DNA of 64,000 nt from an uncultured Gammaproteobacteria bacterium (GTDB taxonomy: Bacteria > Patescibacteriota > Patescibacteriia > Magasanikbacterales > UBA922): positions 166,546-230,545 of the forward strand of contig CAYMVY010000001.1 of NCBI GenBank assembly GCA_964394405.1, given 5' to 3'. Within the stretch, counting starts at the first letter, position 1, and each line of letters opens with the position of its first letter. Of the stretch, positions 46,298 to 54,104 are shown one piece after another. Below the pieces are notes generated by a model, which did not search any database, was not told the DNA's origin, and saw nothing but the letters and a program-made list of their open reading frames with translations. Position numbers and translations under genes: made by a program.

Positions 46298-46765
46298 ATG
46301 TTTACGATCATTCTGTCGTTCCTTCTCCTCGTTACTCTCGTGACCGCCATCTTCCTCGCGAAGGAACTCGTGAAGAAGTTCACCTTCCTCAAGGGGTACA
46401 CAGACGGTAACAAAAACTGTATCCGTTGGCACTACCGAGGGAGCGATGTGGAGGGGCATAAACCGGGCATGTACACGATCGTGCTCCACAACACCAGGGG
46501 CGGTGAATTCACGGCCGTGGCCGCGTTTGAACTCCTGCTCCCGTTCGGGATCAAGGGGGTGGACCAGTTCGGACTCATCAAGAGTAGAGGGGCTGGTGTG
46601 GTCGCGTTCTCGACGTATCTGGGCAAGGGGGAGTGTGAATTCATTTTCCTCCTCAACGGGGCAAAGCCCGAACAGGTCGAGCGCTCGATCGACGTGACCG
46701 GCGAGATCACCCCAACCCAGACATATCCGCCGCACTGGTGGCAGCGACTCGGATTCTGGGGCTGA
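46298..46765 (+). CDS. N-terminally anchored hypothetical protein, GC-rich island gene
   Basis: 155 aa; TM helix MFTIILSFLLLVTLVTAIFLA; about 60% GC; followed by 10-bp-stem hairpin at 46811-46838; antisense ORF also open. Confidence 0.35.
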   Translation: MFTIILSFLLLVTLVTAIFLAKELVKKFTFLKGYTDGNKNCIRWHYRGSDVEGHKPGMYTIVLHNTRGGEFTAVAAFELLLPFGIKGVDQFGLIKSRGAGVVAFSTYLGKGECEFIFLLNGAKPEQVERSIDVTGEITPTQTYPPHWWQRLGFWG

Positions 46766-47075
46766 ACGCCTGAGCGCATCGCGCGCTCCTTCCAATGGCA
46801 CGGAAGTAAAGCCTGTACAAACTGCGGAGTTCTGCCAAAGAACTCCGCCCAAACCAAAAGTACATCACACACGTGGTGTCTTTTTGTTTTACCCCCCTCC
46901 TGTCCTCCCCCTTGTGAAGAGGGGGGAACCTACTTACGCAAGGATGACACAAAGTAATGCTTGTGTTACTATGAATAATACTATGGATGGATTTTTATCA
47001 ATTCTTATTCTTATCGTTGGTACAGTAGGAGCTGTGCTTATTGCTTTTTTCTTTGGTAAGATTGGGAAGAAATAA

Positions 47076-47152
47076 CTGAAGAATAAAGATTAAAGATTGA
47101 AGATTATCAAAACATTCTGATCTTTAATCTTTAGTCTTCAATCTTTTATTGT
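47076..47152. repeat. inverted low-complexity element built from aagatt units (gaagaataaagattaaagattgaagatt…aatctttaatctttagtcttcaatctt)
   Basis: Arms are nearly perfect reverse complements around the center caaaacattctg; directly upstream of rmuC. Confidence 0.55.
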
Positions 47153-48244
47153 ATGCAGACAGGACTCCTGATTCTATTCGCTATATTACTCCTCGCCATG
47201 TTTGGAGTAATTATATTAATGTATAAAAAATTAAGTGAGGCGGGGAAGAAAAATCCAGATGAAGAAAAAGGGGTGTTTCTCATGTTGCAACAGCAATTGC
47301 AAGATATGCAGAAAACCATGGACATGAAAATTTCAGAAACATATAAAATTGTCGGAGATGGTCAGCAGAATTTGCATCACACACTCCAAACACAATTTGC
47401 ACAAAGTTCAAAAATTATTACCGACATTACTGAAAAATTAACCACCCTTGATAAAACCAATCAACAAGTAATTGGTTTTTCTGCGCAATTGAGTGATCTT
47501 GAAAAAGTATTAAAACACCAAAAACAGAGAGGAAATCTGGGCGAAGTAGGGCTTAATTTACTTTTAGAAAATATTCTATCTCCCAATGATTTTAAAACTC
47601 AACATCGTTTTAATAATGGAGATGTGGTAGATGTCGCGATATTTACCAAAGAGGGGATTATTCCGGTGGATGCAAAATTTTCACTGGATAATTATGAACG
47701 CTTGATCCATGAACCAGACGGTCTTCAGCGTGACAACCTAGAAAAAGATTTCAAAAATGATTTGAAAAAACGAATTGATGAAACAGCAAAATATATCAAG
47801 CCTGATGAAGGGACACTTGAGTTTGCATTCATGTATATCCCATCTGAAGCAATCTACTACGACCTTCTTGTAAACGAAGTGGGAGCAGTGAAGGTGAATA
47901 CTCGGAATCTGATTGATTACGCGTTCAATGAAAAGAAGGTGGTAATAGTATCACCGACAACTTTCTCAGCATATCTCCAGACCGTACTCTTTGGTCTTCG
48001 AGCCCTGAAGATTGAAGAAGGTGCTAAAATGATTCGAAAAAACGTGGAAATGCTCGGGAAGCATATCAATGCCTATGATGAGTATATGAAGAAGCTGGGA
48101 CTGAGTATGTCGACCACGGTAAATCACTTTAATACTGCATATAAGGAGCTCGGTAAAATTGATAAAGATGTAGTACGGATCACCGGGGCGAGCGAGAAGG
48201 CAATTGTACCTGATCTCCTTGATAAGCCTCAGCTTGACAATTAG
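47153..48244 (+). CDS. rmuC: DNA recombination protein RmuC
   Basis: N-terminal TM plus coiled coil, C-terminal RmuC nuclease-like domain (…VIVSPTTFSAYLQTV…). Confidence 0.85.
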   Translation: MQTGLLILFAILLLAMFGVIILMYKKLSEAGKKNPDEEKGVFLMLQQQLQDMQKTMDMKISETYKIVGDGQQNLHHTLQTQFAQSSKIITDITEKLTTLDKTNQQVIGFSAQLSDLEKVLKHQKQRGNLGEVGLNLLLENILSPNDFKTQHRFNNGDVVDVAIFTKEGIIPVDAKFSLDNYERLIHEPDGLQRDNLEKDFKNDLKKRIDETAKYIKPDEGTLEFAFMYIPSEAIYYDLLVNEVGAVKVNTRNLIDYAFNEKKVVIVSPTTFSAYLQTVLFGLRALKIEEGAKMIRKNVEMLGKHINAYDEYMKKLGLSMSTTVNHFNTAYKELGKIDKDVVRITGASEKAIVPDLLDKPQLDN

Positions 48245-48313
48245 GCTACGCTTAGCTATACTTCGCTACACTCTCACATATTTATTTAAAAACCGAAGAA
48301 TTACATAATATTT

Positions 48314-48583
48314 ATGCCAATTTTACGAAATGCGAAGAAAGCTCTTCGCCAGTCAAAGAAGCGTGAAGCTGAAAACCTGGTTTTCAAGCGCGCGTACAAG
48401 GAAGCCCTGAAAAAGGCTCGAAACGCAGTAGAAAAAGGTGAAAAAGACGTGGTAGAAAAAATCAAGCTTGCTCAGAAGAAGCTGGATAAGGCAGTAAAGA
48501 AAGGTGTACTGAAGCAGAATGCTGCATCACGATACCTCTCTCGCATGACCTCAAAAGCTGCAAAACTTGTAAAGAAAGTGTAA
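48314..48583 (+). CDS. rpsT: 30S ribosomal protein S20
   Basis: 89 aa basic helical protein, MPILRNAKKALRQSKKR start. Confidence 0.85.
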   Translation: MPILRNAKKALRQSKKREAENLVFKRAYKEALKKARNAVEKGEKDVVEKIKLAQKKLDKAVKKGVLKQNAASRYLSRMTSKAAKLVKKV

Positions 48584-48646
48584 ACGAAATATAATCCCTA
48601 CATGAAATACGTGTGGGGATTATTTTTTTACTTTAAACTATTTTTT

Positions 48647-49747
48647 ATGACGAGAGAAAGAGGTAATAACCCTGGGTTGGAGGAGGCGGCGGAAAAAAAA
48701 CCACGGGGAGTGCGTAAAAAAGTTACGACTGAAGTATTGGTGCCAGGTAAAAGTTCTGAAGAAGAACAGGTTTTTGTAGCTTCATCTGAGGTACCGAGAA
48801 CAGTTGAAGAAATAGTAGAATCAGCAAAGAAAATCTTACCTGCAGAAGTGGTAGTAAATATCACAGATCAGTATGAGCGGGCGATTACCCGTGGAATGAA
48901 AAGTATTGAAGAGATGCGAACAGCTGATTTAGAGTATGATGCCTCTAAGGCTCGAGGAGCACTCTATTCAGCAAAATTAGAAATGTTGGATCATTTGATA
49001 AAAAGCGCCATACAAAATGTCATGAGTAAAGAAACAGAAGATCGGTTGATACCAGAACTTTTTAATCGGAGCCGTGCACGTACGGAGTATATAAAACTAG
49101 TTGGAGAACTAGAAGAGGGCGAAGAAATTATCTTTGTATCAATGGATTTGGATGGCTTTAAAAGGGTAAACGATATTTTGGGGCATGAGGCAGGTGATCG
49201 AGTACTCCGATCCTTTGGCACATCCCTGATTCGCGCAACACGTCCCGGAGATGTAGTGGTACATTTTAGCGGAGATGAATTTGGTCTTATCCTGAAAGTT
49301 CCGAAACAAGAAAATATTAATATTCAAAAAATTCTTGAGCGTGTTATTGGAAATACTCAGGCAGAAGTAGTAAAAATAGGACAGAAAAATGGAGGTACTC
49401 AGGAAGTAAGTACCGGATATACACGTATTGAATTTGGTGATAAAGATCAAATAGATTTTGAAAATGCGCGGGATCGATCTGACCAGGCTTCAAGCTTATC
49501 GAAATTGGTTGATATTTTGTCTTATATGAGGCAAGATACGGTAGGATCTACTGGACGTATTGTGGCACATGAAAAAATATCAGAAATCTTGTCGCAATAC
49601 TCAGATGAAGAAATTGAAACAGCAAAAATTATTAGAGGTATCCATCGGGAGATGCAAGGAAAACTTACGATGCAAGAGATGGTAAAGCTCGCGAAACTCT
49701 TGCAGAATGGGGAAATGAAAAAAATTCTTGCTACGATAGCAGGCTAA
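48647..49747 (+). CDS. GGDEF-domain protein with SGDEF active-site variant
   Basis: IIFVSMDLDGFKRVNDILGHEAGDRVLR … HFSGDEFGLIL. Confidence 0.6.
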   Translation: MTRERGNNPGLEEAAEKKPRGVRKKVTTEVLVPGKSSEEEQVFVASSEVPRTVEEIVESAKKILPAEVVVNITDQYERAITRGMKSIEEMRTADLEYDASKARGALYSAKLEMLDHLIKSAIQNVMSKETEDRLIPELFNRSRARTEYIKLVGELEEGEEIIFVSMDLDGFKRVNDILGHEAGDRVLRSFGTSLIRATRPGDVVVHFSGDEFGLILKVPKQENINIQKILERVIGNTQAEVVKIGQKNGGTQEVSTGYTRIEFGDKDQIDFENARDRSDQASSLSKLVDILSYMRQDTVGSTGRIVAHEKISEILSQYSDEEIETAKIIRGIHREMQGKLTMQEMVKLAKLLQNGEMKKILATIAG

Positions 49748-50718
49748 GCAACAGAAATCTTTCCAACCAACAGATCAATTTCGACCGGCATACTACCTTT
49801 GCCGGTTTTTGTTGCAATGTCGATTGATAAGAGTTTTTGGTAAATAGACTTGAGATCATCGAGACTATATTGGCGGAGCAATGGAATGGTTTTTTTGACC
49901 ACAAACGGGTGAATTCCTAGTGCTTTTGCGAGGATATCCGGGGGAGTGGTTGGAGCAGTGTTCAGTGCATCTTTCAGCTCAAGCATAATTCGAAATTGTC
50001 TCACCAGCATTGCAAAAATATAATGTGCATCCTGACCTTGTTCATATTGTTCACGGATCATCGCATATACTTTTTCGGGTTTCTTGGCAACGATTGCATC
50101 AATGAGGTTAAAAATATTATCGTCAGTTGTCTCATTGAGAAACAGACGGACGGTCTCAGTCGAGCAAGTCACTTCTTTGCAGTAACTAGCCAACTGCTGG
50201 ATCAACGAATGAATAAACCACGTGTCACCCTTGGAATGGTTGGTGATAAAATCAAGTGCTGGCAAATCAAGGGTGAGTCCGTGGTCTTTTGCATGCTCAG
50301 AAATCCATTTTTTGAGATTCATTCCCTCGAGAATATCAAAATATTGAGCATATTTTGTTTCTTTGAGTTTTTTTAGTAAGTCTTTTTGTATTTTTGTCTT
50401 GTATGTGTCAGTTCGCTCAAACAATATACAAATGGTAGTCGAAGGCAGGAGGTTTTCATTGGAGACTATCGCATCAATTTTTTCATGAAGTTCAGTGTGT
50501 TTTGACTCAAGCGCATACTCAATAATAACCATGCGTTTTTCAGCGAGAAAAGGTGCGTTTTGTAGTTCGGTTAAAATAGTGCCAGGCTTTTCATTGAGTG
50601 CATCAAGACGAATTACGTTGTAGCCTGAAGGATCGCGGTCTATTTTGAACTTTTCAATCATTTTGCGCAGGCGTTCACGACTTCGGAACGTGTCTTTGCC
50701 ATACAAAAATATAAGCAT
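49744..50718 (-). CDS. holA: DNA polymerase III delta subunit
   Basis: MLIFLYGKDTFRSRERLRKMIEKF start and overall helical delta architecture; start moved to internal Met. Confidence 0.6.
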   Translation of the reverse strand: MLIFLYGKDTFRSRERLRKMIEKFKIDRDPSGYNVIRLDALNEKPGTILTELQNAPFLAEKRMVIIEYALESKHTELHEKIDAIVSNENLLPSTTICILFERTDTYKTKIQKDLLKKLKETKYAQYFDILEGMNLKKWISEHAKDHGLTLDLPALDFITNHSKGDTWFIHSLIQQLASYCKEVTCSTETVRLFLNETTDDNIFNLIDAIVAKKPEKVYAMIREQYEQGQDAHYIFAMLVRQFRIMLELKDALNTAPTTPPDILAKALGIHPFVVKKTIPLLRQYSLDDLKSIYQKLLSIDIATKTGKGSMPVEIDLLVGKISVA

Positions 50719-50840
50719 ACTACTAGGTGTCTTGGGGTAAGTATAATATCTTACGATAGATGGCATTGTACCTGTTTTCTAGGCGATACTCAATCCTTAA
50801 AAAAAATGCTATACTAAGCATGTATTTTAATTGTGCAACT

Positions 50841-51257
50841 ATGAATCCATTACACAAACCAAACTCTGCAAGCTTTCATTACGAAGTGCTAAAGAAAAGA
50901 AAAGCAACTATAGGGGAACGAGCAGCAGACCGAATGACTGCCTTTATTGGGAGTTGGAAATTTATTATTAGCTTCATATTATTCATAGTAATTTGGATTT
51001 TGATAAATATTTTTGCATGGTGGACACGATGGGATCCGTTTCCTTTTATTTTGCTTAATCTCACTCTTTCCTCTCTCACTGCGTTGCATGCTCCGATAAT
51101 TATGATGAGTCAAAATCGCCAGACTGCGCGTGACCGACTACAGGCGGGGTATGATTATGCGATTGATAAAAAAGCTGAAAGAGAGATTGAGGAAATTCAG
51201 GCAGAATTACAAGAAATAAAGGCGCGATTAGATGTGCTTATTTCATCAAAGAAATAA
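50841..51257 (+). CDS. DUF1003 membrane protein
   Basis: …GSWKFIISFILFIVIWILINIF…ILLNLTLSSLTALHAPIIMMSQNRQ is the DUF1003 signature. Confidence 0.65.
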   Translation: MNPLHKPNSASFHYEVLKKRKATIGERAADRMTAFIGSWKFIISFILFIVIWILINIFAWWTRWDPFPFILLNLTLSSLTALHAPIIMMSQNRQTARDRLQAGYDYAIDKKAEREIEEIQAELQEIKARLDVLISSKK

Positions 51258-51343
51258 ATTGTTCACATACTTGAAGAAAAAAGAATCTTCAGGTACACTA
51301 GCAACCGCACTATAATAATTTATGTAAACTAAAAGAATAGTCT

Positions 51344-51838
51344 ATGTGGAAACATACTCCAGGAAAATGTGTAAATTGGGGACTTTTGGCCCTCCGCGTT
51401 GCGGTTGGTGTTGTATTTATCTACCATGGCTGGACAAAATTGATTGGAATGGAAGGGGTGGTAGGGATGATGGTAAGTATCGGTTTGCCTGTACCACTAT
51501 TCTGGGCATGGTTAGTCGCTCTAGTTGAATTCGTTGGAGGTATTGCACTCATTCTTGGCCTCTGCACTCGAACAGTAGCCGTACTTCTCGCGATTGATAT
51601 GGTCGTAGCATTGCTTGCTGTGCATACCAAAATGCCATACAAGGCAGCAGAACTCCCCATCATGCTCCTCGGGGCAACTATAGCACTCTACACTACCGGA
51701 GCTGGAAAATTTGCTCTTATGGGAAGAAAAAGTGGTGATTGTATGTGTGACGGGGCATGTGGCGCGAATGCAAAGGACGGATGTTGTGGTGGCGACGGTG
51801 GTCATGAACACGAGAGGGAAGAAAAAGATGAAGTATAA
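51344..51838 (+). CDS. DoxX-family membrane protein with Cys/His/Asp-rich C-terminal tail
   Basis: DoxX helices (LLALRVAVGVVFIYHGWTKL…); tail CMCDGACGANAKDGCCGGDGGHEHE. Confidence 0.7.
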   Translation: MWKHTPGKCVNWGLLALRVAVGVVFIYHGWTKLIGMEGVVGMMVSIGLPVPLFWAWLVALVEFVGGIALILGLCTRTVAVLLAIDMVVALLAVHTKMPYKAAELPIMLLGATIALYTTGAGKFALMGRKSGDCMCDGACGANAKDGCCGGDGGHEHEREEKDEV

Positions 51839-51845
51839 TTATTCT

Positions 51846-51885
51846 AAAAAAGAAAAACTCGCCTTGATTCATTAGGCGAGTTTTG
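51846..51885 (+). terminator. terminator (aaactcgcctaatgaatcaaggcgagttt family hairpin + T)
   Basis: actcgcc…ggcgagt stem followed by tttggttt. Confidence 0.6.
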
Positions 51886-51977
51886 GTTTAATACCCCACT
51901 AATCAAGACACTGTGTTATCTAGGCAATACACCAGAGACCCTGCTATACTATTGGAGTCTTTTAGACATTCAAAATT

Positions 51978-53213
51978 ATGAAAAAAATATTCAAAACAGA
52001 TATCGTAATTCTAGGTGCAGGAATAGGTGGGTATGAAGCATTTCGTACACTAAACCGAATATTAAAACGAAGGGGAATTGGGGCACACATCACCATTATT
52101 GACCAAAATAATTATTTCACTTTCGTGCCACTCCTCCATGAAGTCGCAACTGGGTCAGTAGAACCTACACATGCATCAATTCCTTTGCGTGAATTAGTCT
52201 ATGGGACACCGCATAATTTTATTAAAGCAAAGATTGAGAAATTGGATCGATCAAAAAGAGAAGTACACACGTCTGCAGGTATTGTGTCATACACGTATTG
52301 TGTTATTGCGCTTGGGAGCACTACGAATTTTTATGGAGTACCTGGGGCGGAAAAATACGCATATCATGTACGAAATTTAGAAGATGCATTAGTGCTTAAA
52401 CACTCTTTGGTAAGTAAATTAGAAACATGTGTTTCAGACGAGTTTGTGATCACTATTGTTGGAGGCGGTTTTGTGGGAGTTGAGATTGCAGGACAATATG
52501 GAACTCTAAAGAAAGGCGATATTCAAAAATTATATCCAGAAAAAAAACTTCGAATTCAAATAATTGAACCTAATGCATCAATTCTCTCGACTCTGGGGGA
52601 AAAAGTACAATCGCATGTGAAAAAAAGATTGGAGAGTATGGGTATTGAATTCATATTCAATTCCTCAGCCTCAGAAGTAACAGCAGATACAGTAGTTCTG
52701 AGTACAGGAGAGAAAATACAAAGTGATATCACTATATGGGCAGCAGGTTTTGCAAACATGGGCACAGAATTTGTAGAGACCGAGGCGTGCGAAAGAGGGC
52801 GGATAAAGGTGGAAAAAAATTTACGCATGGTAGACGATACACATTGCTATGCAATTGGGGATATTGCGCATGTTCAAATTGCTGGGAGCAGCAGACCGTT
52901 ACCGCAATTGGCAGAAGTTGCACATAGGCAAGGAAGATATGTGGGGAGACACATTGCAGATATGTTGTCAGAGAAAAAAACAAAACCTTTTGTGTTTAAA
53001 TCAAAGGGGCAATTAATGCCGGTAGGTGATTGGTACGGAGTTGCGATAATGGGCACTATTACTTTTTATGGTTGGTTTGCATGGTGGATTCGTCGCACGG
53101 TGTATGTGATGTATATGCCAGGAATTCTCCGGAAACTTCGGATTGTATTTGATTGGACGGTACATAGTCTTGGATTTGGGCATTTTATATATATTGAAAA
53201 AAGTAAAAAGTAA
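51978..53213 (+). CDS. ndh: type II NADH dehydrogenase (NDH-2)
   Basis: Two Rossmann dinucleotide-binding motifs (VILGAGIGG; VGGGFVGVE) and NDH-2 length. Confidence 0.8.
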   Translation: MKKIFKTDIVILGAGIGGYEAFRTLNRILKRRGIGAHITIIDQNNYFTFVPLLHEVATGSVEPTHASIPLRELVYGTPHNFIKAKIEKLDRSKREVHTSAGIVSYTYCVIALGSTTNFYGVPGAEKYAYHVRNLEDALVLKHSLVSKLETCVSDEFVITIVGGGFVGVEIAGQYGTLKKGDIQKLYPEKKLRIQIIEPNASILSTLGEKVQSHVKKRLESMGIEFIFNSSASEVTADTVVLSTGEKIQSDITIWAAGFANMGTEFVETEACERGRIKVEKNLRMVDDTHCYAIGDIAHVQIAGSSRPLPQLAEVAHRQGRYVGRHIADMLSEKKTKPFVFKSKGQLMPVGDWYGVAIMGTITFYGWFAWWIRRTVYVMYMPGILRKLRIVFDWTVHSLGFGHFIYIEKSKK

Positions 53214-53330
53214 AAAGTAAAAGCGCAAAAGGCAAAAGAAAATACACGACAGTGAGTCCGTGTATTTTTTGTATTATGTATTTGCATTATCTTTTTACTT
53301 TTAACCTTTTACTTTTTATATGCTATAGTC
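53214..53330. repeat. inverted low-complexity element built from aaaagt units (gtaaaaagtaaaaagtaaaagcgcaaaaggcaaaag … ctttttacttttaaccttttacttttt)
   Basis: A-rich arm and complementary T-rich arm flank acacgacagtgagtccgtgt. Confidence 0.55.
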
Positions 53331-53453
53331 GAAATACAGCCCGCCGATAAAGGAGCGGCGGGCGTAGGCTTACGTTTGTCTCAGGATACGGAACAAAAGT
53401 TCGGTGGACTATTGTTCCAACGAGCATGTGCTTTTCTGACGCATACGTGAGAA

Positions 53454-53909
53454 ATGAGGGTCAAGGTGTTTGAGATGATTGTGACATTCGGGACTGTGCC
53501 GGAAGTGCCGGCAGGTCATAGAAAGTACAAGCGTCACGACGAGACGCTCGTGGTGCATTCGTACGAGAGAAAGTCGGATGAATGGGATGACCCGGAACTC
53601 ATCTACCGATACCTCACTCGTCACGAGCTCACTCGGGCCGATACGGTGTATGTCTACGTCGGAGACGTGGAGCAGGCATGCGCAACGCGAGAGCAATCAT
53701 GGCTTCTGGTTCGCCGGATCCTCAAGGACCTCAATGGTCGCAGGAAAGAGGTTGCGGTGGTGACCAGCTTCGAAGGACTCGATCCCGAAGTTCGGGAAAA
53801 GGAGAATCGCGAAGCAGAACAACTCGGAGTTCGGGTGGTCGAACTGAAGGGCGTGTCGGCGGAGAAGTTCTTCGCAGACATTGTTCGGAAGTATCGACCG
53901 GCAGCCTGA
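53454..53909 (+). CDS. hypothetical acidic protein, GC-rich island gene
   Basis: 151 aa spanning the island (about 57% GC); frame choice uncertain because antisense ORFs of about 100 aa also exist. Confidence 0.3.
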   Translation: MRVKVFEMIVTFGTVPEVPAGHRKYKRHDETLVVHSYERKSDEWDDPELIYRYLTRHELTRADTVYVYVGDVEQACATREQSWLLVRRILKDLNGRRKEVAVVTSFEGLDPEVREKENREAEQLGVRVVELKGVSAEKFFADIVRKYRPAA

Positions 53910-53984
53910 ATTCATCTTCGCCAGGGACACTGACGGCGCAATAGCGCTTTCATGTACCCTGGCCGTTTCATTTAAAGGAAACAT

Positions 53985-54100
53985 AAACTGAAAACTCAAA
54001 TGTCAAAACGAAAAACTACAACTCAAAATGCAAAACTAAACCTCGTATTAGGGTTTTTAGTTTTAAGTTTCGGTTTTTAGTTTTGAGCTTTACGTTTTGA
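53985..54100. repeat. inverted low-complexity element built from caaaact/aaaacg units between convergent genes
   Basis: aaactgaaaactcaaatgtcaaaacgaaaaactacaactcaaaatgcaaaactaaacc … ggtttttagttttaagtttcggtttttagttttgagctttacgttttgac. Confidence 0.55.
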
Positions 54101-54104
54101 CTCT

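Noticed and set aside
46271-46852. 193-aa minus-strand ORF across the GC island at 46.3-46.8 kb
   Set aside because: It is a low-complexity Glu/Arg-rich product with no start-proximal SD. The plus-strand ORF has a TM helix, an SD-like ggagag and a downstream hairpin. Frame choice remains uncertain.
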